From the NCBI GenBank assembly GCA_041499435.1, contig JBGQKF010000003.1, positions 1 through 38,175 of the forward strand: 38,175 bases of DNA. The letters are read 5' to 3'. Below, piece by piece: positions 8,156-18,246 of this stretch. The notes beneath the pieces are model-generated. The model saw nothing but the letters and a program-made list of their open reading frames with translations. It was not told where the DNA came from and ran no database searches. How positions within the stretch are numbered: the first letter of the stretch is position 1; the number at the start of each line of letters is the position of its first letter. Both the position numbers and the translations under genes were made by a program. This DNA comes from Gammaproteobacteria bacterium (lineage in GTDB: Bacteria; Pseudomonadota; Gammaproteobacteria; Burkholderiales; SHXO01).

Positions 8156-10300
8156 TCAGTGCGCAAGGATAACCGGGAGCTCTATCGTCATCACCACGCC
8201 AGTTCCACTCGCTCGGTTCTCAGCGCGCGCCAACCCGCCATGAAACTGGGCGATCATGCGCACGATGTAAAGTCCCATGCCCAGGTGCGGGTCAGCCCCC
8301 GCCGTCGCTGGCCGGATCGACACCATGGAGTCGAACAGGCGACCCTGCATATTTTCAGGCAACGCTGGACCCTCGTTGCTCAGGCTCAACAACGCGCGGG
8401 TTCGGTCCAACTCCAGCTGAACGACGATGGAGGTTCCAGCACGCGCAAAGTCGACAGCATTGGCCACCAATTTGTCGAGCATTTGCGCGATCAGCTCGGG
8501 CGCGCCGCTGATCAGTACCGGTTCGCTCGGAACCATGAGCTCGAATGTATTGTGCCCATAAGCCATGCGATAGCCGCTGACGCAACCTGATACCACAGCG
8601 GTGAGATCGAACTTCTCCGGCTCGGCCTGCTGCAGCGTTTGCTCGAGGCGCGTGGCTTCCGTCATGCTCGCAACGACACGCGACAGGCGCGCTAAACCTT
8701 CCCGAGCCCGGTCCATGTAGCGCTTGGCGTCGTCCGGCACCGTCTGCAAGGCGAGGTTATCGAGTGACGAACGGACCACTGCAATCGGCGTACGAATCTC
8801 GTGCGCCAGGCGCCCGCCCATACTCTCTAGATAATCGTTGTACTCGCCAAGGCGCTTGACCATTGTAGACAGGCTGCGCGACAGATCACCGATCTCGTCA
8901 CGAGCGCGCGAAGCAGCGATCCCACCGCGCACTCTGCCTTGCGCGTCGACCGCTTCCTCTGCATCGTCGCGCAGGCGGCGGATGCGAGTCGACAATCGCG
9001 TGGCAAACACGAATAAGGTGAGTGTGCCCAGAGTAAGCACCACCAGCGCTGTGCTGAACAGCGTCTCTAAGGCGCGCGTGCGCACAGATAGAATTGAGTT
9101 GGTGGTTTCCTCCACCACGACCGCGCCCGCTACCGCGTTCGCCGCCCGGATCGGATGGGCGGCTGACAAGACCACCGCGCGTTGGTCCGCCGTGGCGCGC
9201 CAGCGAGTGGTGCTCGAGCCGCTGAGCGCCTCATCGACTTGAGCCCCGATCAAGGCCGATGGATCCTGTGTGCCTTCATCGAAGTCGTTGCTGGGCCGGC
9301 GGAACACCTGGGCGTAAATCCGGCGCAGCGTGGCCTGTTCCAGCGCGGTCCATGCCCTGGACCACACCGATGTCTCGAGCTGATTGGCAGGCGGCGCGTC
9401 CGCGGCGGGCTTCAGAGTTCCGCTCTGTGCCAGCACGCGATGTTCGCGATCCACAACCCAGATACGCGTGGTCGTGCGGCCGAGCTCCTGCAAGGCCAGA
9501 TCGATCTCGGATTCGGGAATGAGCACGGACGCGAGCACGCCAGCGTGCTCAGTTCCGGTGGGTCCCGCCATGGAAGTGGTTTCACGCCGCTCGCTGTCAT
9601 CGACGCTGGCCGCCAGCAGGCCGAGACGCGGGCCAATCATTGTCAGCGGCATGCGCAGTTCCACCACATAGCCCTGGCGTGTCTCGCGCCAGAAAGCTTC
9701 TACTCGCGGCTCGTTTACGGGGTCGTCCCAGGATGCGCCCTCGCCGGTAACGCGCACGGCTTGCGACGCTCCCGCGGCGACCGGCGCGATGACATAGCGA
9801 TGAAAATTACCGTGTGGATCCACCACCGCCAGCTCGATGCGGTCGGCGCTGTCGGGACGCGCCTTGGCATTCGCTCGGTAGATCACATGCTCGTCCGATA
9901 CCTTAGCCAATACGTAGAGAAACCGGTCTCGTTTGCCCAGGCGCGGCACCAGCGACACCGTCGCGCCGGCGTAGGTCGGGGTATCGGCCGCATCGCCCGG
10001 CGCGGGCCAGTCTGCATCGAATCCATCCAACACAATTGGCCCGGACAAAGCGCGCACGTACAACCCGGACTCGGTGGCGCCCAGCGGCACGCTGCCGCTC
10101 GCCGCGAACAACGCCGGTCGGTCGTGCAATGCGGTCGCCACCCCGCGCGCGGTGGCGCTGAGCGCTCCCTCCTGACCTTCGCGCAGGAAACGCTCCATCT
10201 CCAGTACGTAGCGGTATCCGACCCATGGCACAGCCAGAAGAATGAGTGCGAGCAGCAGGACCTGCGTGCGCAATCCGGGAGCAGGGACGCGAAGATTCAA
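8156..10300 (-). CDS. pdsS: Sensor histidine kinase resembling PdsS of the proteobacterial dedicated sortase system
   Basis: TM1 (VPWVGYRYVLEMERFLREGQ); periplasmic DOMON/CBM9-like motifs LDGFDADW and GYVVELRMPL; TM2-HAMP; H-box LAHEIRTP; NAVDF; HLGMGLYIV. Overlaps the stop of the response regulator. Confidence 0.8.
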   Translation of the reverse strand: MNLRVPAPGLRTQVLLLALILLAVPWVGYRYVLEMERFLREGQEGALSATARGVATALHDRPALFAASGSVPLGATESGLYVRALSGPIVLDGFDADWPAPGDAADTPTYAGATVSLVPRLGKRDRFLYVLAKVSDEHVIYRANAKARPDSADRIELAVVDPHGNFHRYVIAPVAAGASQAVRVTGEGASWDDPVNEPRVEAFWRETRQGYVVELRMPLTMIGPRLGLLAASVDDSERRETTSMAGPTGTEHAGVLASVLIPESEIDLALQELGRTTTRIWVVDREHRVLAQSGTLKPAADAPPANQLETSVWSRAWTALEQATLRRIYAQVFRRPSNDFDEGTQDPSALIGAQVDEALSGSSTTRWRATADQRAVVLSAAHPIRAANAVAGAVVVEETTNSILSVRTRALETLFSTALVVLTLGTLTLFVFATRLSTRIRRLRDDAEEAVDAQGRVRGGIAASRARDEIGDLSRSLSTMVKRLGEYNDYLESMGGRLAHEIRTPIAVVRSSLDNLALQTVPDDAKRYMDRAREGLARLSRVVASMTEATRLEQTLQQAEPEKFDLTAVVSGCVSGYRMAYGHNTFELMVPSEPVLISGAPELIAQMLDKLVANAVDFARAGTSIVVQLELDRTRALLSLSNEGPALPENMQGRLFDSMVSIRPATAGADPHLGMGLYIVRMIAQFHGGLARAENRASGTGVVMTIELPVILAH

Positions 10301-10992
10301 CCGCTCGCGCTCCAGCGATAGCCCATTCCGTACACCGTGTCGATCGCATCGAAGGACGGATCCACCGCAAGGAACTTCTTGCGAATGCGCTTCATGTGGG
10401 AGGTGATAGTGCTGTCGTCGACCACCAGGTTCGCATCGCGCATGAGCTGATCGCGGTCTTTCACGTGCCCTGGGTACCGCGCGAGGCTATGCATCATCCA
10501 GAACTCGGTCAAAGTCAGATCGACCAGGCGGCCGTTCCAGGTGACGCTGAACCGCTTCAAGTCCAGTCGCAGGGAACCGCGCTCTACCATTTCCTCCTGA
10601 GAGGTGGGCGCGGCCGCAAGGTCGCTGCGGCGGAACAACGCTGCAATGCGCGCCAGCAGGTGCGGCAGGCTGACGTCCTTCGTCAAGTAGTCATCGGCTC
10701 CGAGCCGCAGCCCCGACACGACGTCGAAATCGCTGTCGCGCGCAGTGAGGAAGATGATTGGCAAGGTGGCGGACAAAGCGCGCAAGTCTCGGCACAATGT
10801 AAAACCGCCTTCCATCTCGTCCCCGAGTCCAACATCGATAATGGCGAGGCTCGGTAACTGCGTCCGGAACGCCTGCATGGCAGCCGGCCGGCTCGCAAAG
10901 GTAGCGACCTCGTAGCCATGCTTGCGCAGCACGTCCGCGTAGTTTTCGCGGATCGCGGGCTCATCTTCGACCACAGCGATTTTTCGGCCCAT
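10297..10992 (-). CDS. pdsR: OmpR/ChvI-type response regulator resembling PdsR
   Basis: VEDEPAIRENYADVL, DVGLGDEMEGGF, FLTARDSDFD, DDYLTKDVSLPHLLARI, TITSHMKRIRKKF and TVYGMGYRW. Confidence 0.85.
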   Translation of the reverse strand: MGRKIAVVEDEPAIRENYADVLRKHGYEVATFASRPAAMQAFRTQLPSLAIIDVGLGDEMEGGFTLCRDLRALSATLPIIFLTARDSDFDVVSGLRLGADDYLTKDVSLPHLLARIAALFRRSDLAAAPTSQEEMVERGSLRLDLKRFSVTWNGRLVDLTLTEFWMMHSLARYPGHVKDRDQLMRDANLVVDDSTITSHMKRIRKKFLAVDPSFDAIDTVYGMGYRWSASG

Positions 10993-11170
10993 GCCCGACC
11001 TCCTCTCGGCTTACCCTTTTCGCATCGGAGCAATTCCGGCGCCAGGCGTTGCCAGGATTCCGCCCGAATTGCTCAGCGCTTTTGCTCGATTCGTTCCCCA
11101 TCATGCCACCCGCGCGCGTTCCAATGACATCGACACCGGATCGGCGTCAATCAACCAAATGGAGATGAAG

Positions 11171-11302
11171 ATGAATCGCGCGCGCTATAGAGTAGTCCAG
11201 GATTTCCTCCACGTCGTCATGATCGGGGTGGTCACGGGTGTTCTGTTCAGCATGGCGGTAACCGGGGTGGTATTCCTGATCTCCGGGCATGCACATGCCT
11301 GA
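11171..11302 (+). CDS. 43-aa hydrophobic small protein resembling a stand-alone signal peptide
   Basis: GGAG Shine-Dalgarno 6 nt before ATG. MNRARYRVVQDFLHVVMIGVVTGVLFSMAVTGVVFLISGHAHA has a basic N-region, a long hydrophobic stretch and a terminal A-H-A. Confidence 0.6.
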   Translation: MNRARYRVVQDFLHVVMIGVVTGVLFSMAVTGVVFLISGHAHA

Positions 11303-11328
11303 AGGTTCAGCGCAGCGCCGGCGCGGGC

Positions 11329-12849
11329 TTACCGCTGCGCTAGCTGATCGCGGAGGAGGTTTTTTTGTACCTTACCCATCGCGTTGCGCGGCAGGGCGTC
11401 GACGAAGTACACGCGCTTGGGAACCTTATAACCGGCGAGCTGCGCTTTGAGTTGTGCGATGACGTCGCTTTCGCTCAGGGCCATCACTTCGGAGCGCAGC
11501 ACCACCGCGGCGGTCACCGCCTCGCCATAGTCCGGATGCGGAATACCGACGACCGCTGACTCGAGAATACCGGTTAGCCCGTCGATCGCCAGCTCGATCT
11601 CCTTCGGATAGACGTTGTAGCCGCCGGTAATGATCAAATCCTTCGCCCGCCCGACGATCGACAGATAGCCATCCGCATCGAATACTCCTACGTCGCCGGT
11701 GCGAAACCAGCCATCGGCGGAGAATTCTTCGCGGGTCTTTTCCGGATTGCGCCAGTATCCGCTGAAGACGTTCTCGCCACGGACCTGAATCCCACCGGTC
11801 TCGCCCGCTGCAACGCTGCGGTCCGCGCTATCGGTCACGCGTACTGCAATGCCTGGTAAGGGAAAGCCCACGGTGCCCGGACGCCGTTCTCCGTGCAGCG
11901 GGTTGGCAGCGATCATTCCGGTCTCCGACATCCCGTAGCGCTCGAGAATCGAGTGTCCCGTGCGCGCTTCGAAGCTGCGAAACGTATCGGCCAGCAGCGG
12001 CGCCGATCCGGAGATGAACAATCTCACACCGGCGCAGCCCGCCCGATTGAAGGTCTCCTCTGCCAGCAGCCGGGTGTAATAGGTCGGCACACCCATCATC
12101 ACCGTCGCACGCTCGAGATCGGCGATCACTGCGCGAGGGTCGAAACGAGCATGCCAAAGCATCTTCGCACCGGAGAGCAGTGCACAGTGGTTGGCGACGA
12201 ACAGCCCGTGCACGTGAAAGATCGGCAAAGCGTGCAGCAGGATGTCATCTGCACTGAAGCCCCAATACCGCACCAATGTCGTAGCGTTAGAGGTGAGATT
12301 GCGATGCGTCAGCATCGCGCCCTTGGAGCGCCCTGTCGTCCCGGAGGTATAAATGATCACCGCAAGATCGTCCGGCTGGGCCACAGCGACGTCTGTGTGC
12401 GGCGATGCGCTCGCAAGCCCGGCACTGAGCGAGCCGGTACCATTAGTGTCGAGAGTGAATACTTTGGCAGGTAGCCGCTGCCGCTCGGTCAGCGCCGCGA
12501 CCTCAGAGTACAAAGCGGGGCTGGACACCATTACAGCGGGCTCGGCGTCACCGAGGAAATAGGACAACTCAGCGGGACGATAGGCGCTATTGAGCGGCAG
12601 ATAGACAAAACCCGCGCGCAGGCATCCCAAGTACAAGAACAGCGACTGCGGCGACTTTTCCACTTGCACAGCAACGCGGTCGCCTCGCTGCAAGCGTTGA
12701 GCACAAAGAAACCCCGCATAACGGGCGATCTCACGCTCTACATCGGCATAGGTATAGCGCTCGCCTGCCGTGGTTTCAATGGCAACGCGGCCCGCGTTGC
12801 GCTGGAAGCTGGCGTAGAGCTCACCATGTAAGTTGGCGTTCTGCGTCAT
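11329..12849 (-). CDS. matB: Malonyl-CoA synthetase (MatB-like)
   Basis: AMP-binding motif YTSGTTGRSKGAML, HALPIFHVHGLFVA, MGVPTYYTRL, ERYGMSET and LPRNAMGKVQK. Confidence 0.88.
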   Translation of the reverse strand: MTQNANLHGELYASFQRNAGRVAIETTAGERYTYADVEREIARYAGFLCAQRLQRGDRVAVQVEKSPQSLFLYLGCLRAGFVYLPLNSAYRPAELSYFLGDAEPAVMVSSPALYSEVAALTERQRLPAKVFTLDTNGTGSLSAGLASASPHTDVAVAQPDDLAVIIYTSGTTGRSKGAMLTHRNLTSNATTLVRYWGFSADDILLHALPIFHVHGLFVANHCALLSGAKMLWHARFDPRAVIADLERATVMMGVPTYYTRLLAEETFNRAGCAGVRLFISGSAPLLADTFRSFEARTGHSILERYGMSETGMIAANPLHGERRPGTVGFPLPGIAVRVTDSADRSVAAGETGGIQVRGENVFSGYWRNPEKTREEFSADGWFRTGDVGVFDADGYLSIVGRAKDLIITGGYNVYPKEIELAIDGLTGILESAVVGIPHPDYGEAVTAAVVLRSEVMALSESDVIAQLKAQLAGYKVPKRVYFVDALPRNAMGKVQKNLLRDQLAQR

Positions 12850-14135
12850 CTGGATTCGGAAGCACCGGCGTACGATCCCAGACGACTATCGAGAAGAGCG
12901 TCGACCACCCCGGTGCGAATCCAAGTATCGGCATCAGTGCTTTGCATCGGCGCGTTACGGACAATCTGCGCCGCCGCCGCGTGCGGGAGAATGCGCAGTT
13001 GCGCCGACGGCAGCGCAGAGACCGATTCGGCCGGCGCTGCGAAGGCCACGTAGACCGCGCCCGCGGCCTGGCCGGGAATCCACAGGAGAATACGGTGATT
13101 GCGGGCCGCCACCCACGCCGCAGTCAAGGCGAAGTGCGTGATGTACGCCGACAACAGGAGTTGCTCGTCGCGGCGTGTGGCGGCCTGGCCCGTGGCATCG
13201 AGCAGAAGAATCACCGGGGTCCCGGGACGCGCGACATGGAGATCGATCAACTCATCGGCCAACATCCAGCTCGTTGCAGCACCAATCGACGCACCGCTCA
13301 GCACGCCGATGAACGCCGGCCCTCCGCGAGGATCCGCCGCCACCGCGCGCACTACATCGCCGCGTGCGGTGCATCGATAACCTGATGGTGCGAGTTGTCG
13401 CATACGACCGATGGCTTCGTCGGATCGTGGGGTTGCGCCTTCGGCGCCCAGGCGTTGTGCCAGACGCTCATGCTGTGCACGGATGTTGACTTGGTGGTGC
13501 GTGGTCACGCTCATGAGCTGCTGCGCATGATCGCGAAAAGCTTGCAGCTCGTCTGCGCACAAGATTTCATCACCACCCAGTGCGACTCTCGCCTCACCGC
13601 CCATAAGCGCCCGCACGGCAGTCGCATCGCCGGCATCCAGCTGATCGCGCCCGGCCAGCGCTTGAATGACAGCCGGGCCCGATGCACCCATTAGCGTGCG
13701 CTCGGAATAGACGCGCGCATTGCACAGCGTCGCCAGCATGCTGGCACCGCCGAAGCAGGAGCGTCCGAGCAAAGCGAACATCGGCACACCGGCCAGCCGT
13801 GTCAGCAGTGCTTCGCGAAACAAGCGCCGAAAGGCGCCGAGCGCAGCCAGACCTTCGTCGACCTTCGCGCCCCCGGAGTCGACGAGGAGGCAAAGCGGCG
13901 CAGCTTCTGCGCGCGCTGCCACAAACACATCGCACAACAAGCTGGCCTCTGCGACACCGATAGCTCCGCGCGAGCGACTTGCATCGGTGCCCGCGATCCA
14001 AACCGGCCGGCCAGCGATGCAGCCTCGCGCGGCACGCGCTGAACTCAAGGCATGCGACGGCCCGAATTCGCTGCGGGTCCCGGCGTCGAGCAGGGCCTCG
14101 ATTCTGACGTCGAGCGACGCGTTGCTGTAGGTCAT
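12846..14135 (-). CDS. Fused two-domain carboxyltransferase resembling malonate decarboxylase MdcD (beta) plus MdcE (gamma)
   Basis: N-half: GAIG, LLVDSGGAKVDEG, CFGGASM, SGPAVI (MdcD-like). C-half: PVILLLDATGQAATRRDE, HRILL, ALPSAQLRILP..AAAQI (MdcE-like). ATGA overlap with matB. Confidence 0.72.
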   Translation of the reverse strand: MTYSNASLDVRIEALLDAGTRSEFGPSHALSSARAARGCIAGRPVWIAGTDASRSRGAIGVAEASLLCDVFVAARAEAAPLCLLVDSGGAKVDEGLAALGAFRRLFREALLTRLAGVPMFALLGRSCFGGASMLATLCNARVYSERTLMGASGPAVIQALAGRDQLDAGDATAVRALMGGEARVALGGDEILCADELQAFRDHAQQLMSVTTHHQVNIRAQHERLAQRLGAEGATPRSDEAIGRMRQLAPSGYRCTARGDVVRAVAADPRGGPAFIGVLSGASIGAATSWMLADELIDLHVARPGTPVILLLDATGQAATRRDEQLLLSAYITHFALTAAWVAARNHRILLWIPGQAAGAVYVAFAAPAESVSALPSAQLRILPHAAAAQIVRNAPMQSTDADTWIRTGVVDALLDSRLGSYAGASESR

Positions 14136-14147
14136 GGTGTGAGGCGT

Positions 14148-15269
14148 TTACGCTGAACACCAGCGGCGGATGATCTGCTCGTACGCATCGACAGCAACAT
14201 CGATCCGCTGCACGGTGCAGTACTCGTCGGTCTGATGCGCCATTTGCGGCTCGCCGGGCCCGAGAATGACCGTGGGTGGATTGCCGTAGGCAAGGTTGAG
14301 TGCCGCCGCATCGGTGAAATAGGTCGCGACGCGTGGCTTAGGCTGCTCACCTAGCAAAGGACGCATGATCTCGAAGACCTCCTGCATCCAGGCATGGCCG
14401 GCGTCTGTGTACACCGCTTCAAGATCCATCAAGGACTCCAGCTCGACATCAGCCCCGAGCTGTGTCGCCAGAGTCTGGATCAGCCTGGCATGATCGACCG
14501 TCGGCACGGTGCGGATGTCGATGGCGACCTCGGCCGCATCCGGCACCGAATTGATGTTGAGCCCACCGCGAATGGTGCCGACGTTGAGGGTAGCCTGGCC
14601 CATCAGAGCGTGAACAGGGCCATCGAACCGAAATGCTTCGAGCTTGGTCACCGCACGTGCAGCTTTGTAGATTGCATTGACGCCTTTCTCCGGCATGGAG
14701 CCATGGGCGGTGACCCCGCGGGCCGTCGCCTTGAGCCAAAGCGCTCCCTTGTGGCCAACGAAGGGATAGTTCGACGTCGGCTCAGCGACGACGACCGCTC
14801 CCGCGCGATCGAGTACACCGTCTCTGTAGAGATGGAAGGCTCCCTCGCAGCCAGTCTCCTCGCCAGCGGTGATTACCAGCGTGAGACCCGGTGTCGATGG
14901 CAGGTATTTCGCGCTATTGAGCGCCGCTACAGTCAGCGCAGCGACGCCGCATTTCATATCGCTGGTGCCACGCCCATATAGCTTGCCGTCACCCGTCTCA
15001 GCGGCGAAGGGATCCACAGACCAAGGTGCCGCACCCAGCGGAACAGTATCGATGTGACCGGTGAGACAGAGCGGCGGCTTGGTGAATTCTCCGCCGATGC
15101 TCGCGACGAGACTGACCCGACCATCGCCATAAGCGTGGTAACGAACGCGAAAGCCGGCGCTTTCCAGCAAACCCCCCAGGTGCCGAGCGCAAGGTTCCTC
15201 ACGTCCTGGCGGGTTGATGGTATTCATCCGCACCAGTTCTTTGCTGAGCTCAACGGGATTGATCGACAT
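14148..15269 (-). CDS. M20 family metallo-amidohydrolase (ArgE/DapE-like)
   Basis: NPPGRE, GHIDTVP, GRGTSDMK, GEETG, AEPT and AHQTDE metal-binding motifs. Start set at MSINP. Confidence 0.9.
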   Translation of the reverse strand: MSINPVELSKELVRMNTINPPGREEPCARHLGGLLESAGFRVRYHAYGDGRVSLVASIGGEFTKPPLCLTGHIDTVPLGAAPWSVDPFAAETGDGKLYGRGTSDMKCGVAALTVAALNSAKYLPSTPGLTLVITAGEETGCEGAFHLYRDGVLDRAGAVVVAEPTSNYPFVGHKGALWLKATARGVTAHGSMPEKGVNAIYKAARAVTKLEAFRFDGPVHALMGQATLNVGTIRGGLNINSVPDAAEVAIDIRTVPTVDHARLIQTLATQLGADVELESLMDLEAVYTDAGHAWMQEVFEIMRPLLGEQPKPRVATYFTDAAALNLAYGNPPTVILGPGEPQMAHQTDEYCTVQRIDVAVDAYEQIIRRWCSA

Positions 15270-15436
15270 GGGGCTATAGGGGGCTCGGTCCAATAACGCA
15301 CCAGGATGGGCGCCGTCGGCTACATTTTGCCCCACAAGCGCGGAAAGTTCTCGCCACAAACGACGGCGATGCGGGGTGCAGTGCAGGAGCTCGCAGGCGC
15401 AGTGCCCACGAGCGGAGATGAAACAGCCGCGAGATG

Positions 15437-15856
15437 CTAACGCTTGCGCAGGTGACGAATCGCGGCAAGCTGTGCCGCGAGCATGGCGAGCTCGCCCTCG
15501 ACCACTGCGATTTCTTCCTTGCTCTTGGCACTGCTGCGGGCTTCCTCGGCGCGCTTTCTGGCGTCCACCGCTTTGGCTTCGTCCAGGTCGTGGCCGCGGA
15601 TGGCAGTATCGGCCAATACGGTCACCAGGTTGGGCTGGACTTCAAGGATTCCGCCGGCCACGAAGATCAACTGCTCTTCCTCAGTATTGGGAATTTTGAT
15701 GCGCACCGACCCCGGACGAATGCGCGTGATCAATGGTGTGTGCCGAGGGTAGATTCCGAGCTCGCCTACTTCGCCCGGTAGAACAACGAACTCCGCCTCG
15801 CCGGAGAATATCTGTTCCTCGGCGCTCACTACATCGACATGTATCGTCTGTGCCAT
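15437..15856 (-). CDS. atpC: ATP synthase epsilon subunit
   Basis: [24 protein letters not shown] and GGILEVQP. Confidence 0.97.
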   Translation of the reverse strand: MAQTIHVDVVSAEEQIFSGEAEFVVLPGEVGELGIYPRHTPLITRIRPGSVRIKIPNTEEEQLIFVAGGILEVQPNLVTVLADTAIRGHDLDEAKAVDARKRAEEARSSAKSKEEIAVVEGELAMLAAQLAAIRHLRKR

Positions 15857-15898
15857 CAGAGCAGATCCTTAATTTCTAGAATGATCGATTGCTTGCGC

Positions 15899-17326
<1,428 letters not shown>

Positions 17327-17356
17327 TCAGGTCCTAAACAAAATCGAGAATGAAAA

Positions 17357-18220
17357 TCAGACAGCGGCTGCGCCGCTGACGATCTCGGAGATCTCTCTGG
17401 TAATCCCCGCCTGCCGGTTCTTGTTGTAAATCAGCGTGAGCTCATCGATCAATGTCGCAGCATTGTCCGAAGCGGCTTTCATCGCCACCATCCGTGCCGA
17501 TTGTTCAGAGGCCATGTTCTCCGCGACGGCCTGGAAGATAAGCGCTTCGATGTAACGCGTCAGCACTTGGTCGAGCACCGCCCTGGCTTCAGGCTCGTAG
17601 ATGTAGTCCCACGCGCCTTCTGGTGCGCCGAGCCTCTCACCGGTCAACGGCAGCACCTGTTCCACCGACGGCTCCTGCTTCATCGTGTTGATGAAGCGCG
17701 TACTGAACATCAGCAGGCGATCGAAGCGGTCCTCCGCGTACCCGTCGAGCATCAGTTTGACAGCCCCGACCAGCCGCTCGAGATTGGGACGATCGCCGAT
17801 CCCAGTCACATTCGATATCACATTGGCGCCAATTCGCTGGAGAAAGCCAAGGCCCCGGGCGCCGATGCAGCACGCGTCGACTTCCTCGCCCTGAGCCTGC
17901 CACTCCTTGTACTTGTTCAGGACGAGCCGCAGCACGTTGGTGTTGAGCCCGCCGCACAGTCCCTTGTCGGTGGTGATCACGATAATACCGATGCGCTTCA
18001 CCGTATCGCGTTCCAGCAAGAAAGGATGCCGATACTCGGGGTTCGCGTGGCTGATGTGAGCCGCAACATTACGGATCTTTTCGGCGTAGGGCCGCGCCGC
18101 ACGCATGCGCTCCTGTGCTTTTCGCATCTTTGATGCGGCCACCATTTGCATGGCCTTGGTGATCTTGCGCGTGCTCTGCACGCTGCGGATCTTGACGCGG
18201 ATTTCTTTGGTTCCCGGCAT
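17357..18220 (-). CDS. atpG: ATP synthase gamma subunit
   Basis: [30 protein letters not shown] and [16 protein letters not shown]. Confidence 0.98.
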   Translation of the reverse strand: MPGTKEIRVKIRSVQSTRKITKAMQMVAASKMRKAQERMRAARPYAEKIRNVAAHISHANPEYRHPFLLERDTVKRIGIIVITTDKGLCGGLNTNVLRLVLNKYKEWQAQGEEVDACCIGARGLGFLQRIGANVISNVTGIGDRPNLERLVGAVKLMLDGYAEDRFDRLLMFSTRFINTMKQEPSVEQVLPLTGERLGAPEGAWDYIYEPEARAVLDQVLTRYIEALIFQAVAENMASEQSARMVAMKAASDNAATLIDELTLIYNKNRQAGITREISEIVSGAAAV

Positions 18221-18246
18221 GGCGATTCCCGTGTATCAGCGTGCGG

